Shown here one piece after another: positions 56,445-64,000 of a stretch of 64,000 nt of DNA. This DNA comes from Candidatus Limnocylindria bacterium. GTDB lineage: Bacteria > Chloroflexota > Limnocylindria > QHBO01. Made by a program: the position numbers and the translations under genes. Under the pieces are notes generated by a model. It saw nothing but the letters and a program-made list of their open reading frames with translations, was not told the origin of the DNA and did no database searches. Positions within the stretch are counted from its first letter, which is position 1; every line of letters starts with the position of its first letter. The stretch spans positions 1,021 to 65,020 of the forward strand of contig JBBRXE010000001.1 in the NCBI GenBank assembly GCA_038248695.1. Reading direction: 5' to 3'.

Positions 56445-58051
56445 CTCGGCACTCCGCCGGATGCTTCGACGGTCGCTTCCGCCGATTCACGCCCGCCCGT
56501 GGCCATCAGCAATCCGACCTCCTCCTTTGTCGCGCTGCGACCGTCCATGACGACGACCAGCTTGCCGCGGTACATGACCCCAATGCGGTCAGACAGTTCG
56601 AGTATCTCGTCGAGCTCCGCGGAGACGAGCAAGATGGCGGTCCCGGCATCACGCTTGGCGATCGCCTGGCGATGGATGAACTCGATGCTGCCGACGTCGA
56701 GCCCTCGCGTTGGCTGGTCGAGGACCAGCAGCCGCGGGTCGCTGTCGAGCTCGCGCGCCATGATGACCTTCTGCTGGTTGCCGCCCGACAGGGTCGCGGT
56801 CGCGACATCGATCGACGGCGTGCGGATGTCGTACTGCTCGACGGCCTCGCTGGCATGCTGCCGGATGGCCGCCTCGTCGCGTACGATGCCGCGGGCGTAG
56901 GGCGCATCGTAGTAATCGGTCAGCACCAGGTTGTCGGTGAGCGGATACGACAGCACCAGGCCGTAGCGATGCCGATCAGCGGGGACGAAGGCCACCCCGC
57001 GCTTGTGAAGGTCTCGGGGCCTGTGGCCCGTCACTTCGATCCCGTCCAGGTGCACGCGGCCGCCGCTCGGCTGACGGAGTCCGACCAGTGCCGAGACCAG
57101 CTCGTCCTGGCCATTGCCCGCCACGCCGGCGATGCCAAAGATCTCGCCGGAACGCACCTCCATATCGACACCGTGGACGACTTCGCGACCGCGGTCGTCC
57201 CTGACATGCAGGCCCGCTACGGTGAGCCGCGGCTCACCAGGATGGCTTGTGCCGCGGTCAACGGTGAGCTCGACTTCGCGGCCGACCATCAACTGTGCGA
57301 GGTCCTTTTCGTTGGTCTCGGCCGGCACGCGTTGTCCGACCACCTTGCCGCGCCGGATGACCGTGATCCTGTCGGCGATCTCGAGCACTTCGTACAGCTT
57401 GTGGCTGATGAAGATGATGCTGTAGCCCTGGGTGGTGAGACGCCGCAGCATGACGAAAATCTCTTTGGTCTCCTGGGGCGTCAGCACCGCAGTTGGCTCG
57501 TCCAGGACCAGGATCTGCGCGTTGCGGTACACGGCCTTCAGGATCTCGACGCGTTGCTGCCAGCCGACGGACAACATTCCCACCGGTGCGTTCAGGTCGA
57601 GTTCCCAGCCGAAGAATCGGGCGAGCTCGTGCAGCCGTTCATGGGCGGCGCGCCGGTCCAGGAAGATGGGTCCGGCCATTGGTTCTTCGCCGAGCAGGAT
57701 GTTGTCCGCCACCGACATCACCGGCACGAGCATGAAGTGCTGATGGACCATGCTGATCCCGCGCCGAATTGCGTCCGACGGACTGCTGATCCGGACCTGC
57801 TTGCCGTCGAGCAGGATCTCGCCCGAATCGGGCGTCGCCAGGCCGTAGAGGATGTTCATCAGTGTTGTCTTACCGGCGCCATTCTCGCCGAGCAGGGCGT
57901 GAATTTCTCCCGGTCGGACTTCGAGGTCGATGGCGTCGTTTGCCAGGACCCCCGGATAGCGCTTGGTGATGCCGCGCATCTCGAGTGCGGGCGGTCGTAC
58001 CGTTTGCCCGTCGGTGGTCAACGATCGGTCACTCATTGGGGTGGCAAGCAA
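56441..58051 (-). CDS. ABC transporter ATP-binding protein with duplicated NBDs (NupO/YufO-like)
   Basis: Two Walker A sites (GENGAGKTT and GVAGNGQDE), two LSGG signatures and two Walker B motifs. Confidence 0.85.
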   Translation of the reverse strand: MLATPMSDRSLTTDGQTVRPPALEMRGITKRYPGVLANDAIDLEVRPGEIHALLGENGAGKTTLMNILYGLATPDSGEILLDGKQVRISSPSDAIRRGISMVHQHFMLVPVMSVADNILLGEEPMAGPIFLDRRAAHERLHELARFFGWELDLNAPVGMLSVGWQQRVEILKAVYRNAQILVLDEPTAVLTPQETKEIFVMLRRLTTQGYSIIFISHKLYEVLEIADRITVIRRGKVVGQRVPAETNEKDLAQLMVGREVELTVDRGTSHPGEPRLTVAGLHVRDDRGREVVHGVDMEVRSGEIFGIAGVAGNGQDELVSALVGLRQPSGGRVHLDGIEVTGHRPRDLHKRGVAFVPADRHRYGLVLSYPLTDNLVLTDYYDAPYARGIVRDEAAIRQHASEAVEQYDIRTPSIDVATATLSGGNQQKVIMARELDSDPRLLVLDQPTRGLDVGSIEFIHRQAIAKRDAGTAILLVSAELDEILELSDRIGVMYRGKLVVVMDGRSATKEEVGLLMATGGRESAEATVEASGGVPR

Positions 58052-58107
58052 GCGGGCCGTCCATGGGACGGCCCGCTTGCTATCGGTCTGCTACAGGGGG
58101 TGCAAAC

Positions 58108-59265
58108 TCAGACGCAGGGATTGGGAGTGCAGGCGTCCACCGAACCATCCTTCAGGCCGGCGATCGCTGCGTCGATCTTCGCCTGGATGTCGGGGGTGAT
58201 CAGCGACGCGAAGTCGTAGAAGGGAGAAAGGCCGATGCTGTCGGTCGTGATGTCGAGTGGCACGGTGCCGCCCTTGGCCGAGCCGTCGGCGACCCGCTGG
58301 ATCGCGTCCGAGACCGCCTTGGTCAGCTTCTTCTCCGCGCTGGTCACGATGCATGCGTCGGACTCGGGGGTGGAGAGATGCTGGTCGACGTCAACGCCGA
58401 TGGCCCAGATCTTGGCGTCGCATGCTGCCTGCAGCACGCCGTTACCGGTCTTCCCGGCGACCTGGAACATGACGTCGATGTCCGGATCGGAATTGAGCAG
58501 GTGCTCGGCGAATGCCTTGCCACCGGGCGGGTCATTGAACGCCGCCGCGTCGGGCGCCTCGCTCACGTACTGCTGCTCGACCTTGATGGCGGGATTCGTC
58601 GACGCTGCGCCGTTGGCGTAGCCGGCGATATAGTTGGCGACCGCCGGAACGACCTTGGTGCCGCCGATGGCCGCGATGTGGCCGGTCTTGCTGATGCTCG
58701 CGGCAACGATGCCGGCCAGGTAACCCGCCTGGGCCTCCTTGAAGACGAGGCCCTGGTAGTTCGGCAGCAGCGTCGCCGCGTCGCCCTTGCAACCGAAGTT
58801 CGGGTCGGGGGCGCCGGTCTCGTCGATACACACGCCCTGGTCGACGCCGATGAAGCTGATATCAGGGTTTGCCTTGGCGGCAATGGTCGTGTCGTTGCCC
58901 AGCGCGAACCCGACCGAGATGATGATGTCGTAGTTCTGGTCGACGAACGACTGGATGTTCTTGCCGTAGTCGGCCGATGCGGTCGTCACCACGGACTGTG
59001 GTGCGGGGGCGCCGATCGCCGCGGCGCCTGCCTTGGCACCCTCCCAGCTGAACTGGTTGAAGTTCTTGTCGTCCAGGGTGCCGACATCGGTCACCAGGCC
59101 GATCTTGAGATCGGACGTGACGCTTGCGCTTTCGCTGGTGCTCGGTGCGCCGCTCGTGGTCGCTCCCGTGCTGGCGCTGGGACTGCTTCCCGTGCCGTTA
59201 CACGCCGCGAGTACCAGCGCCGCCGTGGTGATGGTGGCCAACAGGCCGAACCGCTGCTTCCGCAT
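58108..59265 (-). CDS. BMP-family (PnrA-like) nucleoside-binding lipoprotein of ABC importer
   Basis: Lipobox LVLAAC. BMP-fold blocks …KIGLVTDVGTLDDKNFNQ… and …VGFALG…. Start set at the internal Met (MRKQRFG…). Confidence 0.85.
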   Translation of the reverse strand: MRKQRFGLLATITTAALVLAACNGTGSSPSASTGATTSGAPSTSESASVTSDLKIGLVTDVGTLDDKNFNQFSWEGAKAGAAAIGAPAPQSVVTTASADYGKNIQSFVDQNYDIIISVGFALGNDTTIAAKANPDISFIGVDQGVCIDETGAPDPNFGCKGDAATLLPNYQGLVFKEAQAGYLAGIVAASISKTGHIAAIGGTKVVPAVANYIAGYANGAASTNPAIKVEQQYVSEAPDAAAFNDPPGGKAFAEHLLNSDPDIDVMFQVAGKTGNGVLQAACDAKIWAIGVDVDQHLSTPESDACIVTSAEKKLTKAVSDAIQRVADGSAKGGTVPLDITTDSIGLSPFYDFASLITPDIQAKIDAAIAGLKDGSVDACTPNPCV

Positions 59266-59418
59266 GGAATCTCCTAAGCCTCGGTGTGGGATCTCCCGCC
59301 GCAACGGTCGCGGCGTGGGGCATCCGCGCCAGCTGGCCTTAGGCCGGCGGCGCGATCCGCGGCATCATAGCGCCTTAACCGTGTGGCACTCAAGGGCCGC
59401 ACGCGCGAGGACGGCCGT

Positions 59419-60285
59419 ATGATCGGCCCGATGCAGACCGATCGCCTTCCGCGACCGCGCCTGGTGATCTTCGACCTGGACGGCGTGGTGTATCGCGGCG
59501 ACCATGTCGTGGCCGGCGCCCCGCAGCTGATCGCGCGGCTGCGCGACGCCGGGGTGCTGGTGCGGTTCGCCACGAACAACTCGACGCGCATGCCGGGCGA
59601 CTTCGCCGGACGACTCACCGCGCTTGGCGTTCCGGCGGCGGCCGATGAGATCGTGACTTCGACGACGGCGACCATCGAGTACCTGCGCCGCCATCTGCCG
59701 GAAGTTCGTCGCGTGCTGGCGGTCGGCGAAGCGGGACTGGGCGCCATGCTGCGCGGCGCCGGCTACGAGGTCACGCCGGCCCACGAGGCAGTCGGACCCG
59801 AGCCGGACGGATCGCCACTGCTGGTGTCCTACGACGCCGTGGTGGCCGGGCTCGACCTCCGCTTCAGCTTCCGCAGCCTGGCCGCGGCCCAGGCTGCCAT
59901 CAGGGCAGGGGCGCGGCTGATCGCGACCAACAACGACGCGCGGTATCCGACACGGCACGGCTTCCTCCCCGGTGCCGGCAGCATGGTGGCGGCCATCAGC
60001 ACGGCCAGCGGCGTCGAGCCAGCGGTCATCGGCAAGCCCGAGCCGGGCATGTTCAGCGCGATCCTCGAGCAGCTCGAGGTGATCCCTGGCGATGCGCTGG
60101 TGGTCGGTGATAATCCGGACGCCGACGTCATCGCCGCCAACCGTGCCGGCATCCGCTGCGTGCTGGTCCTGACCGGCGTGGCGAATGCGAGCGAGGCCGA
60201 TGGGCTCGAAGGGGACCGACGGCCCTACCTGGTCGCGCGCGACCCCAGCGACCTCGCCGCCCGCTTCGGCACGTGGCTCACATGA
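59419..60285 (+). CDS. HAD-IIA family sugar/nucleotide phosphatase (NagD-like)
   Basis: Motif I …VIFDLDGVVY…, motif II …FATNNS…, motif III/IV …GKPEP… and …VGDNPDADV…. The start Met is uncertain (several are clustered near the N-terminus). Confidence 0.75.
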   Translation: MIGPMQTDRLPRPRLVIFDLDGVVYRGDHVVAGAPQLIARLRDAGVLVRFATNNSTRMPGDFAGRLTALGVPAAADEIVTSTTATIEYLRRHLPEVRRVLAVGEAGLGAMLRGAGYEVTPAHEAVGPEPDGSPLLVSYDAVVAGLDLRFSFRSLAAAQAAIRAGARLIATNNDARYPTRHGFLPGAGSMVAAISTASGVEPAVIGKPEPGMFSAILEQLEVIPGDALVVGDNPDADVIAANRAGIRCVLVLTGVANASEADGLEGDRRPYLVARDPSDLAARFGTWLT

Positions 60286-61351
60286 CGGGCTCGGCTGCCC
60301 ACTCGCCCCAGGCCGGCGCCGCCGATGCGTGCAGCGCATCCAGCGCCTCCGCTGGTGCGAAGCCGCGCCGAAACGCGTTGAGCGCCACCTCAGCGAGCTC
60401 GATGCGGCTCATCTTCAGCGCCTCCGCAGTTCGCGCCAGCTCTTCGCTGAGTGTCGTGTTGCTCACGGTGCGGGCATCGGTGGAGATCGTGACGCTCACA
60501 CCGGCGCGGTGGAGGCGTGCCAGCGGATGGTGGGCCAGGTCCTCGATGATGCCGGCCTGCACGTTGCTGGTTGGGCACAGGTCGAGCGTGATGTCGCGCT
60601 CGAGCAACATCTCGACGACGGCAGGGTCCTCGATTGCGGTCACGCCATGGGCGATGCGGCGCACCCCGAGGTCGATCGCCTCGCGGACACGATCCGGCCC
60701 GGCGACCTCGCCGGCATGCGCCGTCAGCTGCAGGCCGCCCGCCTCGGCGGCACGGAATGCGGCGGCATGCGGCGGGGCCGGGTACGTCGCCTCAGGCCCC
60801 GCCAGGTCGAAGCCGACGACCGGCGCGCCGAAGGCCGCCGCCGTGCGTGCCAGCGCGACATTGGCTGCCGGCGGATGGAACCGCATGGCGGTCACGAGGA
60901 GCCCGACCAACGGCATCCGGGGGCCGATTTCGAGGGCCGCCTGCGAGATGCCCTGCGCTACCGCCTCGATCACCTGGCTGACGGCCAGGCCGCGTTCGAG
61001 GTGGAGTCGCGGAGCCCACCGAATCTCGGCGTACCGCAGCCCGTCGACGGTCATGTCGGCGATCAGCTCGGCCGTTGCGCGACGCAGGGCGGATGCCGTC
61101 TGCAGCAGCGCGATTGGCAGGTCAAAGTAGGTGAGCAGCTGGGCCTGGTCGGTGCAGCGCCGCGGTGCGACCAGTCGTGCGCGCGCCTCGTCGAGGCTCA
61201 GCGGCATTCCGATCTCGGCGGCCAGTTCGACGGCGGTGGGTGGTCGCAGCGCACCATCCAGGTGCTGGTGCAGCTCGGCCTTGGGCAGTTGTTGCAGCTC
61301 GTCGATGGGTCTCACCCCGGGATGATAGGTGGCGCGCGTCCGGCGGCGCAT
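60278..61351 (-). CDS. add: Adenosine deaminase (paralog 2, canonical)
   Basis: …LPKAELHQHLDGAL…, …HAGE…, and …ISTDARTV…, which is the SxDDP-like Asp block. Start at MRRRT (61349-61351), with an alternative at 61373-61375. Confidence 0.85.
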   Translation of the reverse strand: MRRRTRATYHPGVRPIDELQQLPKAELHQHLDGALRPPTAVELAAEIGMPLSLDEARARLVAPRRCTDQAQLLTYFDLPIALLQTASALRRATAELIADMTVDGLRYAEIRWAPRLHLERGLAVSQVIEAVAQGISQAALEIGPRMPLVGLLVTAMRFHPPAANVALARTAAAFGAPVVGFDLAGPEATYPAPPHAAAFRAAEAGGLQLTAHAGEVAGPDRVREAIDLGVRRIAHGVTAIEDPAVVEMLLERDITLDLCPTSNVQAGIIEDLAHHPLARLHRAGVSVTISTDARTVSNTTLSEELARTAEALKMSRIELAEVALNAFRRGFAPAEALDALHASAAPAWGEWAAEPVM

Positions 61352-61384
61352 CCGGCCGGCCGCCGCCGGCGGCATGGCGCCGGC

Positions 61385-62233
61385 GTGGCGCTCGGCATCG
61401 CCGCTGCACTCGTCCTGGGCGGCATCCTGGCGCTGCACCCGGCGGGCGTCGGCCCTGTGGCCAGCGCCGCTCATCGCGCGGATCTCGTCGCGCGCGGCCG
61501 CGCGGCGCACGACGCGCTGGGCGCGCTGACGCTGGCACTTGACGGAGCCCTCCAGGAAGCACGTCTCGGCGCCGCGGCAACGGTGAGCGGCGATGATCCG
61601 CCGGGCACGCACATTCGGGCCGCGGCTGATCGCCTGGAAGCGAGCGAACCGGCCGCCGATCGCGTGGCCGCGGCGCTGGCCTCTCTTCGCGGCGAGCTGG
61701 CCATTGACGGTCGCCGCGACCCGCCGGAGCTGCGGCTCACCGCAGCCGACCTGAGCTCGATCTCCGCGCAGCTGCGCGCCGCCGCGGCGCCGGCCGATGC
61801 ATTCGCCGAGATGCGCATGAGCACGCACGCGGTCCTCACTCAGCTGGGGGCGGCGCTCGTTGCACTGGGCCGCAATGACCTCGCTGCGGCGACCGCGTCG
61901 CTCGACGGTGCCGATAGCGCTCTGGCCGTCGTGCGGGCGTGGCCCGGCAAGCTCGCCACGCTGCCCCTGTGGATCACGACCGCGGGCAAACTGCTTGCCG
62001 CCCTGCACGACGTGGCCGACGCCCGTGCGACCGGGGATGCCGTTGCCGAAGCCCGTTCATTCGCCGCCTACCGGGCGGCGACCGACGATGCGACACAGGC
62101 CGACAGGGCCCTCGCCATCGCCCTGGCCGAGGGCGGAGGCGGCATCTCGCAGGTTCCCATGGCCAGGCTTGCCGACGCGCTTGCCAAGGTGCAGGCGGCG
62201 AGCGCTGCCGTGGCACCGCTCGTGCATCCGTAG
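61385..62233 (+). CDS. Ala-rich membrane-anchored hypothetical protein immediately upstream of the Ser/Thr kinase
   Basis: Putative GTG start at 61385. One N-terminal TM (VALGIAAALVLGGILAL). The stop at 62233 sits 2 nt before the kinase ATG. This frame is antisense to add further upstream, so only the part beyond the add start is proposed. Low confidence. Confidence 0.35.
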   Translation: MALGIAAALVLGGILALHPAGVGPVASAAHRADLVARGRAAHDALGALTLALDGALQEARLGAAATVSGDDPPGTHIRAAADRLEASEPAADRVAAALASLRGELAIDGRRDPPELRLTAADLSSISAQLRAAAAPADAFAEMRMSTHAVLTQLGAALVALGRNDLAAATASLDGADSALAVVRAWPGKLATLPLWITTAGKLLAALHDVADARATGDAVAEARSFAAYRAATDDATQADRALAIALAEGGGGISQVPMARLADALAKVQAASAAVAPLVHP

Positions 62234-62234
62234 G

Positions 62235-63581
62235 ATGGGCGTGCCGCCCGACCCCATCGACCCGCGCGATGCATCCGCGGACGCATCCGATCGGTCCGAG
62301 CCGGCGCTCGGCCAGGTCGTCGGCGACCGCTATCGGATCGTGTCGCTGCTGGCCCACGGTGGCATGGCACGCGTCTACGCCGCTCACGACATGCGGCTCG
62401 ATCGCGACGTGGCGATCAAGGTCCTGGCTGCCCCATATGCCGGCAATGACGACTTCGCCGCCCGCTTCCTCACCGAGGCGCGTGCCGTTGCCGGCCTCTC
62501 GCATCAGAACCTCGTGCACGTCTATGACTCGGGCACCAGCGGGCCGCTGCGCTACATCGTGATGGAACTGCTGGTCGAGTATCGCTCGCTGCGCACGGTC
62601 CTCGGTGAGCGGGAGCGGCTGCCTCCGGTCGAGGCGACCACCATCGCCGGGGACGTGCTCGCCGGCCTGCGCGCAGTGCACGAGCACGGCCTCATCCACT
62701 GCGACGTGAAGGCCGGCAACATCATGGTCGGTGCGGGTCCGACGAAGCTGATCGACTTCGGCATCGCGCGGGCGCCGCGCGTCGCCAGCGCCGAGGGAAC
62801 GTCGCTCGGGTCGCTGCACGCCATGGCGCCCGAGCAGTTGCGCGGCGACGAGCTGACGCCGTCGAGCGACCTCTTCGCGGTCGGGGCGGTGCTGTACGTG
62901 GCGCTGACCGGGCGGGTGCCGTACCCCGGCGACGATCCGGAGGCGGTCGTGGCCTCACAGGAGTCGGGCCGCCCGCCCGCACCCTCGAGCCTGGCCGACG
63001 GCATCACGCCACGGCTCGACGGGGTGATCCTGCAGGCCCTGGATGCCGATCCGGCGCGGCGCTTCGAAAGCGCGGCCGCGATGTCGCGCGCCCTGGAGGT
63101 CGCCACGACGACCCCGGTCACCTCCGGGCTGTCGGACGACACGACACGCCTCGTGGCGGTAGCGCCCACGTTGCCTCACGCCGCTGTCCCGGCGCCTGTG
63201 GCCGACCCGCGGCGCGGCGGGATCGCGGCGCGCCGCGGGTCGGCGCCCATCCTGGTCATGCTGCTGCTCGCGGCGATCGTGGTCGCGGCGGTCGCCGTGC
63301 TGCTGACTGGCGACGGCAGACCTCCCGGTTCAGGCAGCAACGACGCCGGGGCGGTCGCCACGCCCACGCTGGCTGCTGGGACGGTCCGCGTGCCCAACAC
63401 CATCGGGCTCTCGGAGGCCGATGCAGAGGCGAAGGCACGCGCCGCAGGCCTGAACTGGACGATCCGCTGGAAGAAGTCCGAGGCGCACGCGCCCGGGATC
63501 TACGACCAGGAGCCGCGGCCCGGCGAGGTGGTGAACGCCGGCGAGCGCTTCACGATGTTCGCCTACCGGCCGACTGACTGA
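62235..63581 (+). CDS. Ser/Thr protein kinase with TM segment and C-terminal PASTA domain (PknB-like)
   Basis: Hanks motifs: …YRIVSLLAHGGMARVY…AIKVL… (VAIK), …HCDVKAGNIMV… (HRD-like), …DFGIA… and …APEQ…. A TM helix (ILVMLLLAAIVVAAVAVLL) precedes a PASTA-like C-terminus. Confidence 0.85.
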   Translation: MGVPPDPIDPRDASADASDRSEPALGQVVGDRYRIVSLLAHGGMARVYAAHDMRLDRDVAIKVLAAPYAGNDDFAARFLTEARAVAGLSHQNLVHVYDSGTSGPLRYIVMELLVEYRSLRTVLGERERLPPVEATTIAGDVLAGLRAVHEHGLIHCDVKAGNIMVGAGPTKLIDFGIARAPRVASAEGTSLGSLHAMAPEQLRGDELTPSSDLFAVGAVLYVALTGRVPYPGDDPEAVVASQESGRPPAPSSLADGITPRLDGVILQALDADPARRFESAAAMSRALEVATTTPVTSGLSDDTTRLVAVAPTLPHAAVPAPVADPRRGGIAARRGSAPILVMLLLAAIVVAAVAVLLTGDGRPPGSGSNDAGAVATPTLAAGTVRVPNTIGLSEADAEAKARAAGLNWTIRWKKSEAHAPGIYDQEPRPGEVVNAGERFTMFAYRPTD

Positions 63582-63664
63582 GTCGCCCCTATACTTCGTT
63601 GACGATGCACAGCACTGGGCCGGCGCGGCATCGGTCTCTTGAAAGCACACGAAGGAGAACATTG

Positions 63665-64000
63665 CATGCGCGTGCGCGCTGAATCAGCGAGCCCCTCGTC
63701 GGTCGAGGCGGACGTCCTGGCCGTCCCCATCTACAAGGACGACATTCCGCTGAAGGGCGACCTCGCCGAGCTCGACGCAGCAGCCGGTGGCGTCATCGCA
63801 GCCGCCATAGAGTGGGGCGAGTTCAACATCGCTGAGCACTACACCGCCCTGTTCGACGCGGGGAAGCTCCCGGCGAAAAAGATCCTGCTGGTCAACGGCA
63901 TCCGGCGCGGACGCGGCCCCTGGCGCGCGCGGCGCATCGCCTCGACTGCCACGCGGCGCCTGCAGGGACGCGGCGTGCAGCGCATGGCGCTGTGGCTGCG
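63665..64000 (+). CDS. pepA: Leucyl/cytosol aminopeptidase, N-terminal part (3' end outside window)
   Basis: GAAGGAG RBS 5 nt upstream of the ATG. …ADVLAVPIYKDD… and …KKILLVNG… are typical of the M17 peptidase N-terminal domain. The ORF runs to the window end. Confidence 0.55.

Noticed and set aside
56672-59277. Plus-strand ORFs 56672..58219 (515 aa) and 57985..59277 (430 aa)
   Set aside because: They are antisense to the ABC ATPase and the BMP lipoprotein, both of which show clear Walker/BMP motifs.
60185-61384. First 400 codons of the 682-aa plus-strand ORF 60185..62233
   Set aside because: It is entirely antisense to the well-supported adenosine deaminase gene (60278..61351, minus) and has Arg/Gly-rich composition. 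Only the segment after 61385 is kept, as a low-confidence CDS.

Overview
This 64 kb window is a high-GC (about 70%) bacterial chromosomal segment, probably Actinomycetota or Chloroflexota. Genes are densely packed and often translationally coupled through ATGA or GTGA overlaps. I found no transposase, integrase, CRISPR array, rRNA or obvious tRNA. Left to right the window holds: the end of proC and a GDP-mannose cluster (manC, DUF374 acyltransferase, phosphomannomutase, bifunctional PGI/PMI); a cobalamin riboswitch followed by a BtuFCD-type ABC importer; trpS with an AI-2E family transporter; birA and an ECF sigma/anti-sigma pair; a large fatty-acid initiation operon (accD, accA, a biotinyl-domain protein lacking the biotinylated Lys, fabD, accC, fabZ, fabF, accB, fabH, fabG); Ni-superoxide dismutase sodN with its maturation peptidase sodX; deoC and a DsbA-like protein; an ECF sigma gene coupled to ogt; a zinc-ribbon/adenylate-cyclase/STAND NTPase; two ALDH paralogs; an XRE regulator behind a repeat array; an NRAMP Mn transporter coupled to a soluble PRC/MgtE-N/CBS protein; a CGNR zinc-finger regulator divergent from a small hydrophobic-peptide unit; and polX coupled to a membrane protein, a TPR protein and a 928-aa methyltransferase-like protein with a degenerate catalytic motif. 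The right-hand part holds a CsoR-family repressor, two PIG-L deacetylases, an ABC exporter, a DUF255 thioredoxin-domain protein, YjbQ, an LCP protein, a nucleoside-salvage island (two adenosine deaminase paralogs, a BMP-family nucleoside ABC importer, HAD phosphatase, metallophosphoesterase), Mrp/ApbC, a PASTA Ser/Thr kinase and the start of pepA. The best candidates for undescribed biology are the lysine-less BCCP-like protein inside the ACCase operon, the polX/membrane/TPR/MTase-like module, the trans-encoded MgtE-sensor/NRAMP pair, and the small-peptide unit beside the CGNR regulator. All calls come from reading motifs in the supplied translations; no database search was possible.
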